Source: the human T2T-CHM13v2.0 reference genome, Homo sapiens
Assembly: GCF_009914755.1 (NCBI RefSeq)
Contig: NC_060939.1
DNA: 64,000 nt
Strand: one strand, 5' to 3'
In this document: positions 15,620 through 27,228 of the stretch, piece after piece
How positions within the stretch are numbered: the first letter of the stretch is position 1
Layout: each line of letters opens with the position of its first letter
Notes under the pieces: model-generated
Databases searched by the model: none
Told to the model about the DNA's origin: nothing
Seen by the model: the letters and a program-made list of their open reading frames with translations, nothing else
Position numbers and translations under genes: made by a program

Positions 15620-16583
15620 ATGACACCTGTATGTGCCACTTCAGATCCTCTCAGCCTCGCCTGACTTCTGCCCCAGTGGTCACTGCAGTGACCAGCTCTT
15701 CATGGTCTCTGAGCAGCTTTACACAGGTGCAATATGGCAGCACTCACTGCATGCCTGTGCTGTGTGCCTCTCACCTCTGCAAAGACCTCTCTATTGCCTT
15801 TGGTTGAGTTCTCCCAGGAGCAGATGGCAAGATAAGAATTTGGAGGTAATCCTAGGAACATTGATAAGGGTCTAGGGAAGGGAGACAAGGGTGAGAAGAA
15901 AGACAACAAAGGGTGTGTTTATGAGCCAGTTGTTGCAGTGAATAACTGGGACTCGATCCCCTTTGACATCTCTGTGAGACTACACAGCACATGCTTCAAG
16001 GTTGGCTCACCCAAGGGACAAAGGCATTGGCATATTTACGCACCCACTCTCAACTCCCAGGACAGTTAACTCCATGGCATATGGGCCTGTCATGAACCTG
16101 CAACCAGAGAAAGCCTCAAGCAGAGAGCTGCAGGTGCTGCCCTAGAGAGCCAAGGCATGTGTGGAAATAGGGAGTGCTGAGGACCGGAAAAGAGCACAAA
16201 GTAGCTGCACCTGTGCCAATGAGTCCTGGGACTTTGAGGAAGCCCACTCAGGGTCTGTGTATGCAGCTAGGAAACCCAAGGGAAGTAAGAACTTGTGGCT
16301 CAGACCTTTCAGAGGCTGGTGGGAAAAAAACAGGAGCTGGTGGATAAATTCTTCTCCCTTTCTGTCCTTAGGGTGGACTGTCCTGGGGCCCAGTTTAAAC
16401 ATCTTCATGGAGAATGATCTCATGAGATGACACAATCCATCTTACTTAGAGAAGGCTAGCTCTCCAACCCATCTTAATCTCTCCTCTCTTCCTCCATTCC
16501 TCATTCCCCTCAGTCCTCATGCCTGCTCCCTGGAATTAGTTGTACCAATAAGCCATGGCCTCCAGCTTTGCTGGCTAAGACAA
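15620..16583. mobile_element. Old ERVL/MaLR LTR mosaic (LTR16-like, possibly nested)
   Basis: ggtggataaattcttctccc...gggtggac and ...ggctaagaca end resemble LTR16-class LTRs; family uncertain. Confidence 0.45.
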
Positions 16584-16616
16584 CATAGTTAATTTCTTAT
16601 AGTTAATTTCTTATTA

Positions 16617-16976
16617 CAGTACTCCCCTCTTACCCATGGTTTCACTTCCCATGGTTTCAGTTACCTACCAGCAACTGTGGACCAAAAATATTAAATGAAA
16701 ATTTCCAGAACTAAATAATTCATAAGTTTTGAATTGTGCATTATTCTAGTATTATGATGAAATCTCCCACCATCCTGCTCTGTCCCACTTGGAATATGAA
16801 TCATCCCTTTGTCCAGGTATCCATGCGGCATAGGCTTCCATCCGTTAGTCACTTAGTAGCCATCTCAGTTTTCAGGTGAAAAAACATTGTATATACATGG
16901 TTCAGTACTCTCCTCAGTTTCAGGCATCCACTGGGGGTCTTGGAACATATCCCCTGCAGCTAAGGGGGAACTACTG
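16617..16976 (+). mobile_element. MER44A-like non-autonomous TcMar-Tigger DNA transposon
   Basis: Terminal inverted repeats CAGTACTCCCCTCTTA / TAAGGGGGAACTACTG with TA target duplications at 16615-16 and 16977-78. Confidence 0.85.
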
Positions 16977-17092
16977 TAATCCCAAATTTCCATCACTGCA
17001 CCAACTACATAGAAACTGGATCTTCTTAGGGTGGTGAGAGGCACAATGTGAACTATCAAGTCATATAGGCACCTTTAAGAAGATAAGATCTC

Positions 17093-17407
<315 letters not shown>

Positions 17408-18249
17408 TCATCCAGGAGATAATAAGAGATCCCAGAACTTGGGTACCCTTAAGGGAAATACAGCTCCTAGAGAGAAGGGTCCACAAATGCAAGACCCCTG
17501 CTTCCCCCAAATCAGAGAAAGTAAAACTCAAGGAGGAGCCCAGGGTTTGTATTGAGTGGCTTCCTGGAATGGTGCTGAAGGCAGCATCTCTCAGCCTAGA
17601 CATTTGATCTTGTCCATAATAATCCCACATCACCCCTGCCCTAACCAGGGAAGAACAAAGATTGCATGATGGTCAGTGGTCTTTCGCAAAAATATAACAA
17701 AGAAGCCAATATTGCAGTTAACTTCAAGTTTTGCAAGACTAATTTCAGTTTTTATTATTTTGAACATATTTTGAAGGGGACCTTAAGTGCCTTCTTTGAC
17801 GCAAAATCCATATCTGGTGAAAGAAACAATTCTCAAGAAACATTAACCGTGTCCCGTGCCTGTGGCATGGAGGCATGGTCCCTGCCTGACTGCTCACTTC
17901 TGCCGGCAGAGAAATGACACCTCCACCCCAGCTGGGGCTGCCCCACTGCTTTCACATCAGGAAGCACTCTCTGCAAAATGAATAATACATCACTTTGTTT
18001 CTGTGAGGACACTTGTCACTCTTTCACTTGCCAAAGTGTAAATGAATATTCAGTGAGGATTGTCACCCCCGCTGGCCACTGTGAACGGATAGGGCCAGTA
18101 ATGACCCATGTGATGTGATTTCAGAATGTGCCTCCTGCCCAGAGTCCACCCACAGGAAGGCACCTGAAACCTGCAGAAAAAGAAATTGGCATGAATTGAG
18201 CGCCTATGCACCAAGTTCTGCACTAGAAGCTCTCTCTGGATTAACTGAG

Positions 18250-18456
18250 AAATCAGCAGTTTTTCTGCAAGACCAAGGCAGCAAGTGTTTTATGCTTTGT
18301 GGTCTCTAGCAACTCTGTCCTAATTGCTCCACTCTGCCCTGCTAGTGCCAAAGCAGCCCTAGATAATAAATACACCAGTGGGCGTGGCTGTGTCCTCATA
18401 AAACTTTATTTACCAAAACAGGATTTGGCCAGCAAGCCATAGTCTGCTGACCCCTG
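18250..18456. mobile_element. MER58A-like hAT-Charlie element
   Basis: gggcgtggctgtgtcctcataaaactttatttaccaaaacagg...ccatagtctgctgacccctg. Confidence 0.7.
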
Positions 18457-18849
18457 GGTTAGCTTACATTGCCTTCATAAGCACTCATGGGTGGTAAGCA
18501 TTGTCCTTGTGCAGTTTCTCTTCAAGTGCAGTCACTCTTGAGAGAAATTACACAGCAAATCCCAAACATCTTAGTATGATTTAATTCATCATTTGCTCTT
18601 CTAGAGATGAGAAGTGGAGAAAGAAGGAGAAACAGCTCTTCAGAGTAAACACAAATATCAAAAGATAGGAAAAGAAAGGCAGAGGGAGAGAAGAAGGGGC
18701 AGGGTGACTTAGGGTAGGGTGGATGAATCTAGGATGGGAAGGAGGGAGGACTTTAAGGACAATTTGTTACAAGGCCATGTCATCCCATCTTTAACCAGTA
18801 TCACATCACAGTTAAAAACCCCGTCTGGGGAATCAACTGCTTTGTTAAA

Positions 18850-19030
18850 ACCAGCTCTGCTTCTAACAGGTGGTGAGATCTTAGATAACTTATTAATCTC
18901 GGGCACCAGTCTTCTCACCTGTCAAGTGGGGATTCATAAGATTGAAGTGAGGATTAAATGAGGTAATTCATGGAAAGGGCTTGGCAAAGTGCCTGGAATG
19001 ATCTGACCACTCATAAAGGTCAGCTGTTGT
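18850..19030 (+). mobile_element. MIR
   Basis: gtgaggattaaatgaggtaattcatggaaagggcttggcaaagtgcctgg. Confidence 0.7.
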
Positions 19031-19843
19031 TATTGTTGTTGTTGTATTATTGTAAACTATAATGAGCCCACGAAAGTAATGGCTCTCAGAATGCAAATGC
19101 CAACTATAAATTTGCAAATGCTCTTAGTGCATGGTCTATAGGTCCCCTCTCCCTTATAATAAGAAATGTACCAGTGAGTCAACCAAACTGTCTGGGCTAG
19201 TAATGAATTGTAAACAGCAACACACACTCAGCACAGAATATGTCCCCTCTATACACCTAGAATCCACCAATCCTTGCCCCTAAGGGTCTCCCGTCCCCAG
19301 CTTCACACCCTAAATGTATTGTGTGTTAGGAGTTGATCACTAATGCTACAGAGGGTGCTTCTGTGGTCAAAATCTGGACGCTGCAGCTTGTTTTTCCAGT
19401 CATTTATTTCACCCATGCTTTCGTAAAGGCTTATTGAGGCTCGAGTAGAAACACAAGAAAGTGTACAAATTAGATAAATACAGTGCTCAGGGTACATAAG
19501 ACTAATTGCTTTTTAATTTTCTCTATTTGCATGAAGCCTGATGAGACTGTCTTCACAGCTCTTGACCCTAAGGAGCCAACATATGACAAGAGCATTTAAG
19601 ATGGGGAATCAAGTTTCCAGGCAAAATGTAGCCAGTGCCAGAAAAACAGAAAAATGAGAATTGGAAATTCAATGCTTCCTGGGTTGAAAATGCTCATTTA
19701 TTGTGGAGCCCTGCTGGTCTCATTAATCCCTCCCAGCCTTTGAGGATCCGTACACGCCTTGCCTCCTGTAAGAAGGAAGCGTGAACTCACAGCTCCAGCC
19801 TGTACTGATTTCTGGCTCTTCTCATTGCCTGCAGAACAAATAG

Positions 19844-20272
<429 letters not shown>

Positions 20273-20289
20273 TGCCTTTAATTTTTTAA

Positions 20290-20900
20290 TGAAATAAAAT
20301 ATATGTACAAAAAAAGGGCACATAAGTGTTCAATACACTTTCAAAATGATACATGTCCATGTAACTGGCACATAGATTGAGACACAGAAGGCCACCACCA
20401 CCCCAAAGTCTCCCTCATGTACCCTTCCGGGCAACGTTCCTCCCAGGGGAAGTATCCTGACTTCTAATAGCATACATGAATTTTTTCTGTCTTTGTATTT
20501 GATATGAATGGAATCATACAGCATGACTTTTTTATACTTAAGCAAGTTTTAAAATTTTAGAATAGTTTTAGAATTACAGAAGTGCAGACAGTACAGAGAG
20601 TACAGCATACCCTGTCCCACATTCCCCTATTGTTAACATCTTACGTTACTATGGTACATTAAAGACTGACCTGTTTCTATGTAGTTTCTTTCACTCAACA
20701 TTATACTTGAGAGATTTATCTACACTTATTTATCTAATTTATCTACATTATTGTGTGTAGTTGTCAATCTTTCATCGTCATTGCTGAATGGCACTCTATT
20801 ATGTGAATAATCCATAATTATTTATCCTTTCTACTGTTGGTGTACATTTGGAGAGTTTCCAGTTTGGGGCTCTTACAAATAGTGCCACTAGTATGAACAC
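20290..20900 (-). mobile_element. L1M 3' fragments (nested)
   Basis: Antisense L1 3'UTR motifs (atcctgacttctaatagcata; gtacagagagt...attgttaacatctta); approximate. Confidence 0.6.
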
Positions 20901-21699
20901 TCTAGTAGGCATCCGTATTTTTAAAAAGCTCTCCAGGGATGCTAATGTACAGCCAGAACTGGAAGTCACTAATATTAATGTAGGTGAAATAGTTCATTCC
21001 ACCTTGGATTGCTGTCCTGTAATTTCATATCCCTCAGCCTTTGTCTTTCCTGGGGTTCTTGTGCTCCCCAGTGTGTGGTACAGTGCTGAAAATAAAGGAG
21101 GTCTTCAACCAACACCTGTTTCTTGATGAATGCATTGATCATGCTTTCATATTTCACATCAGCCTTTGTTCTGGGTCTGGGGAGCCTGTTCCTGGGCAGC
21201 AGCATCTCTCCCACTGCTGGAGTAGGCTGTCCGGCACCCACTTTTACTGCATCTGGCCCCACAGAGCTCTTCTCCAAAACAGGCATCCTCGTGATGCACT
21301 TGAAAGAGCAAACCCCGAGTACAAATGGAATGGACACAGCATGCACAATGAGCCCAGATCAACAAGGTGGCTATTTAGTGGCCATTTGTCATTCTTCCTT
21401 TGTATATTGATTGTTTCTTTGTTCACTTTTCCAATAGGCTTTTTATCCTTTTCTTATTGACTTTAAAATTGTAGCTTTTCATATATAAGAAAGTTAACTT
21501 CTCTTTTTCCTGTCCTATATGTTGTAATTATTTTCAGGAAACCCTACATCCAGGCCTTCCTCCCCCTTCCCTCATCTTCCTCAGTGCCCATACAAAGGTC
21601 TGTTTTGTACCTGGCATCATGAACATCTCAAATCTCAGCAGCGCATCAGACCCTGATGTCTGCTGGTAAATGTGACTGTGCCACTGCTGGGTTTATCTC

Positions 21700-22584
21700 T
21701 ATCGTCTTTCCTGGGGCCACTTTAACAAATTGCCATAAACTGCGTGGCTTAAAACAACAGAAATGTAATTATTCAAGTTCAGAAGGCCAGAAGTTCAAAA
21801 CTGAGACGTTGAGAGACAATCCAGTTGCCTTCTTCTGGAGGCTCTAAGAAAGAAACTGTCCCATGCCTCTCTCCTAGCTTCTGGTGGTTCCCAGCAATTA
21901 CTGCCCTTCCTAGGCTATAGACGCATCTCTCCAATCTCTGCCTACGTCTTCACAACACCTTCATCTCTGCGTACCTTCGTCTGTGTGATGATTAATTTTG
22001 TTTGTCAACTTGTTTAGTCCGCGTTGCTCAGATATTTGGTCAGACGTGATCTGGATGTTCCTGTGAGGGTGTTTTCGGATAAGAGTAGCATTTTTAGTGG
22101 AAGACCTTGAGTAAAGCAGATTGCCCTCCATGAGGGTGAGTGGGTCTCATCCCATCAGATGGAGGCCTTAATGGAACAAAAGACTGACCTCCCTCAAAGA
22201 AGAAATTCTTCCAGCAAGTGGTCTTTCCACTTAAACGGCAACATTTGCTCTTCTCTTCTGTAGGTGTCCTGCCGGCTGGCCCATCCTGCATATTGCAGAC
22301 TTGCCAGCCTCCATAATTGCACAAGCCAATTTCTTAAAATATATCTTTATTTATACATACTTCCTGTTAGCTCTGTTTCTCTGGAGAACCCTGACTGGTA
22401 TAATCTCTGTGTACCCACACTTCTTCTTATAAAGACACCAGTCATCAGATTTGGGGTCGATACCAATCTAGTATGACCTTATCTTAACTAATTACATCTG
22501 CAAAGACCCATTTCTGAATAAGGTCACATTCTGAGCTTCTGGACAGACATGAATGAGGTGATGGGGCTCTATTCAACCCGTACA
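21700..22584 (-). mobile_element. MLT1B/C-like MaLR LTR split by an MLT2 insertion
   Basis: aacaaattgccataaactgcgtggcttaaaacaacagaaatgt... resumes after 22400 with ttaactaattacatctgcaaagaccc...aataaggtcacattctgag. Confidence 0.8.
21984..22401 (+). mobile_element. MLT2-family ERVL LTR nested in MLT1
   Basis: tgtgatgattaattttgtttgtcaactt ... tctgtttctctggagaaccctgact. Confidence 0.8.
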
Positions 22585-23098
22585 ATCTACATTGCTTGGA
22601 GTTACTGAACTGTAGACACAGTCCCAGAATCTTAGTGCATCCTAGCCCTATTTCCCTCTTCTTACTGATCCTGGAGCTGTCATGGCCTCAAGCAGTAGAG
22701 GCTGCTCACTTCTCAGACTTCCAGCACCAGCCTGGTCCTCCTTTTTCAACCATTTCAGGTTGAACATGTGAGTCTCAGGAATAATTGTTACCTTTGAGTT
22801 AGACCCTCCCTGACTATGCTGCCTAAACCCAGGATGGTTCCATTTATTCAAGCGTTTAATAATTCATCAAACATTTAATGGATTGAGCACTGAATTCCTG
22901 AGGACATGAGTGTGGTTTCTGGGCCCAGGTGGTCTAGGTGTGAGTTCTGGTTCTAGTCTATTTAGTTGTGTGAACTTGGACTTGTTATTTGAACTCTCCC
23001 TACCATAAAAGATGGTTATAAATATTAAGCAACAAAAAGTCCTAGAATGGCGCCTGGCAATAAACTCTAGCTAAAGGTAGCTATTATCCAGAAAATAG

Positions 23099-24603
23099 GT
23101 GAGATGTGGTCCACACCAATGGCCCTCCTTGACCCACTTCTTTGGCCTCCTGGTTTGCATACCACATATTCCTCTCCTTTTCACAACCCTGCCACGGCCA
23201 CTCATCGCCTCCAGAATAAGATCTAGCCTGCTCAGTTTGGCAATGAAGTTTCTGGCCTATCTAGTCTCCACAGACTACCTTTCCAAACTCTTCTGCCATA
23301 GGAAGAACCTTTACACATCTGCCCTTTACACACCCTGCAAGCTGCAATACTCACCATTCCAAATCACAGAGTGCATGTTAGGACACTAGGCTTTTGTTCA
23401 TTCTCTTCACTTTGCGTAGAAGTTTCTTCTTCCTCCTACAGTTGTTCATTTATTCATTTCCATGCTTAGCTCAATTTTACCACCGTTTTAATGTATTCCT
23501 ATTTCTTCCAACAATTTTAATTTCTTTTTATCCTCAAGTCAACGTCTTTTTTTTAATACTTATTTAGCACTTACTTTATTTTATATCATCTTACAATTGC
23601 TCGGTTTTGTGTCTGTTTCCCCTAAGACAGGAAGTTGCTTGAGGGCAGAACTCATGTTTGATCTGCCCCCACCTCTCTGTCGTGTGCTAGGCATGCAGTA
23701 GGTGATCAGTAAAGGTTTGTGGTCAATTGAAAGGGCCACACAAGCTCTGGTTGCTGCATGCCAGCTTGATGTCTGCTCTGAGCTTCTCACTCATCTTTTT
23801 AAAATTTGTGTTGCATACACTTCCTAAAATTTTCTGGAGCACCTTCTCTGAACATTTCTTCTCATACAGCTGTACCAGGAAGGAGCCAAACACCTTGCCA
23901 TTGCCACCTTCGTCACATGCCCTGCTGGGTGGGGCTGAGTCACACCAGCACAGGTCAGAAGGGGCAAGTCAGCTACCCTGCAGAGCTCCAACATGGAACA
24001 TCTCATCTTGGCCCATGACATTGCCCTTGTGCCTACATTATTGTACAAACACGTTTCCAGCCTACTTAGGAAAATCTACCTGTAAATGACAATCTTCACC
24101 TGCCTAATCACAGAGATCAACTAAATTCTTAACTCAAGGATCTAAAAACACAGAAACAGCTAAGACATAGCAGAGAATCCCAAAGTGCCTGAATTCCAAT
24201 CCCCAAACAGATGGTCATGCTCCCAGGTAGCATTAGCAGAATGGCTACATATATTTCTTAAGTCCAACATATAGGAAGACAACTGACATTAAAATTCTTT
24301 ATGTCTTTGATGACAGATGATAAAGAATTTATCTTAATTATATTCCTGGATTCTTGGTGCAGCAATATTTAGGGCTCCTAACCAGTAAGCATAGTAGAAA
24401 GAGACATCCCTGACTTCTGTCTTCAAACCATGCTCCACATGGTAAGCATGGATGTCATTCTCAACTCTGACCACATACCTTTACTGATTCAAATGATGTG
24501 AGATGCGGTCCACACCAATGGCCCTCCTTGCCATTCTTTGGCACTTCTTTGGCCTCCTGGTTTGCATACCACACATTTCTCTCCTCTTCACAACCCTGCC
24601 ACG
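23099..24603 (+). repeat. Dispersed ~100-bp direct repeat: copy 1 at 23099-23196, copy 2 at 24498-24603
   Basis: Both read gtgagatgYggtccacaccaatggccctccttg...cacttctttggcctcctggtttgcataccaca...tcacaaccctgccacg. Confidence 0.9.
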
Positions 24604-26504
24604 TTTCATACAAGGCCCCTTTCATGCAAGGCCCAGGTTTCTTCTAGAGAAATGAGTCACTCCATGCTGCTCACCTGCACTTTCACCATACCCTTACACT
24701 GTCCATTGTGCAAACACGCAGGGATCTGTCCCTCTTCCAGTCCTTCACTCGTGCTATTCCTCTTCCTATACTGCCATCTTCTCTTGTTCCACTGGAAAAT
24801 GTAGTGAGTACATATATATATATTCACATTGCAATGAATACATCACATTGCAATGAATCAGAACTAAAAGCTATTGTAGACTTTGGGGGAGGCAGATAGA
24901 AACAAGCCATGAGAAAAATGTTTCAAAAATATTCATAGCCTGTGGGCATGGAAAAGCTTCAATGAAGTCTGGGAGCTCATCCTACAACAGCCTCCTCTCT
25001 TCCCCTTCTTCATGCTGCTAAAAGCAAGGTTGCAGCTCAATCCCACTGGTGACGGAGGCTGAACCACACATGATGCCTTCAGTGATTACTCATCATCAGG
25101 GCTTAGTCACGAACTCCTGATATATTACTATAGGCAACCAAATGTCCCAATCAGATTCCAAGCTCATCTGAGGCCTGTCACCAAAACTTTGCTAACATAA
25201 AACAGGACTTTATGAAGCAACCAATTTGAGTTTTAAAAATTGGATTTTAAAAATTAATCAGCTCAGCACAACACACAACCCTGATTCTTATCTCTTCTCT
25301 CATCCTCATCCATCTTCAACTCCCCAACATCCTTGCCCCTCCCTGAGCCTCTCAGCATCCCTATTCCCACCTTCCTCTTTATCTTATCCTTAATGGGGTA
25401 AGGATCAAAGTGTTGGTAAAGAAAGAACTGGTACTTGGGAGGAGGAGGAGTACAGTGTTGCACTGTTCATGGGAATTATATGGTAACTTTTTTAAGGTGA
25501 AAGTTTAACAGTTTGTTTTTTGGTTTCACTAGAATCAAGACATCACGTGACACAAGAAAAGGAAAGTAATTGCTGTGGCTAGGGGATAGAGGTCAGAGAG
25601 ACTATTAGTTTTTGTATATCTGATTAATACCTTTTGCATTGTGTATTGTGTCATAATTATCTTTTAACCAAAACATAAATGAGTTTTCTTTAAGGTCGTG
25701 TATGCCCTTTGCAGACTGGGGTCCCAGAGAATAGTGCACACCTACCCCAAGAGGGTGCAAGATTAAAATCCTCATTAATTCCAGTGTATTTGGACAACAG
25801 TTTTTTAGAGATTTAAATTTGAAGGCTACCTTAAAAGTGTTCTCTCCTTCTAAGTACTGGAGGTGGAGTCTAGAATTGGCTGTAAACTTGTAAATAACCG
25901 TAACACAGGATATAGGTTCAATATCACTCCTGAAGTTATCAAAATACATGTCTGAGAAGCAAAGGCATATTTAGGAATGCAAGCTTATGTTTTCTGATTG
26001 GTGAATAAATGTTGCAGTCCTATAACTCAACACACAGCCAACAATCTTGTAATAGTGGAGTTTCTTGGCTTATTTATTTTTCAGAAAATAAACCAGCAAA
26101 ATACAACATGCTGCAAATTTGTTTCATTTACTCTCTTCAGTCAACTCCAGGCAAGTTATAGGAACATTACTGTTTTTTAGGCTATCAATAGTTTTTCCAT
26201 AAGAAAGCAATTTTAATTTATTATTGATTTTTTTTAATGCCACTATCTAGCCAAAACCCTATTGATGGCAGAGAATAAAAGAGAAAATACTTGGGGAAAT
26301 GCAAGACATGAATTCTGTAAGCACAGCCACTGCTTTCGTTTTAATCTGATTTATTAAAGTATCTTCTGATGCAAGTAAACTAAGCAAAATCTCCATTACC
26401 CACCAGAACACCAAGAAGCTAACAGAAATTCCCTATACACAAATCCCCTATACATTTATTTCTGTTCTTTTCTCCTGAAATCAGTCAGTCTGGCATAAGA
26501 ATTT

Positions 26505-26715
26505 AGCTTTGGGGGCTCTGGAATCTGACTTCAATGCTACACTAACTACTAGATAATAACCTTGGTCAATTTTCTTAACTTTTCTGCCTGTTTCCACATC
26601 TGTAAAATAGGGCTAACGGTTGTATCTCTCCCATAGGGTAGTTATGTGGAATAAACAAGATAATGCATTGTAAAGATCTTGGCAGCAAATGAGCACTCAA
26701 TAAATATCAGCTATT
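26505..26715 (+). mobile_element. MIR
   Basis: tttccacatctgtaaaatagggct...gcactcaataaatatcagctatt. Confidence 0.75.
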
Positions 26716-26886
26716 GTGTTTAGATGGTAATACAGTAGCCTGACTCATTGCTAGTCTATCTGGGACCTTCTCTATTTCACAATTGCCTCACGGATGATCA
26801 GTTCATGGAAGGCAAGTTTCTATTGATCACCATGTCCCCCACATTTCACTGCCTCATTCTGCCTTGTAGTTTCCCCATGCTAGTGT

Positions 26887-27228
26887 TGTCTTTGTCGGTC
26901 TGTGCTGCTAAAACAAAATACCTGAGACTGAATAGTTTTTAAAACAGAAATTTATTTCTTATGGTCTGGAAGCTGGGAAGTCCAAAATCAAGGCACCAAC
27001 AGATTTGACCAACCTTTGCTCCCAAGGTAGTATCTTCTTGCGCTTCCTCACATGGCCGAAGGTGGCCCTAGCTAGTTCCCGGAAGCCCTTTTACAAGGCA
27101 TTAATCTCATGGAGGTTGTGGGGCCTTTAAGACTTAACCCCTCCTGAAGACCCCTCCTCTTATTATCACATTGGGTTTTAGGTTCCAACGTATGGATTTT
27201 AGAGGGACACAAACATTCAAACCATAGC
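26887..27228 (-). mobile_element. MLT1A/MSTD-like MaLR LTR
   Basis: tgctgctaaaacaaaatacctgagactg...gaagctgggaagtccaaaatcaaggc...gacacaaacattcaaaccatagca. Confidence 0.8.

Noticed and set aside
18062-18080. CTCF-like motif on the minus strand (TGGCCAGCGGGGGTGAC)
   Set aside because: Three mismatches in the core consensus; not supportable without ChIP data.
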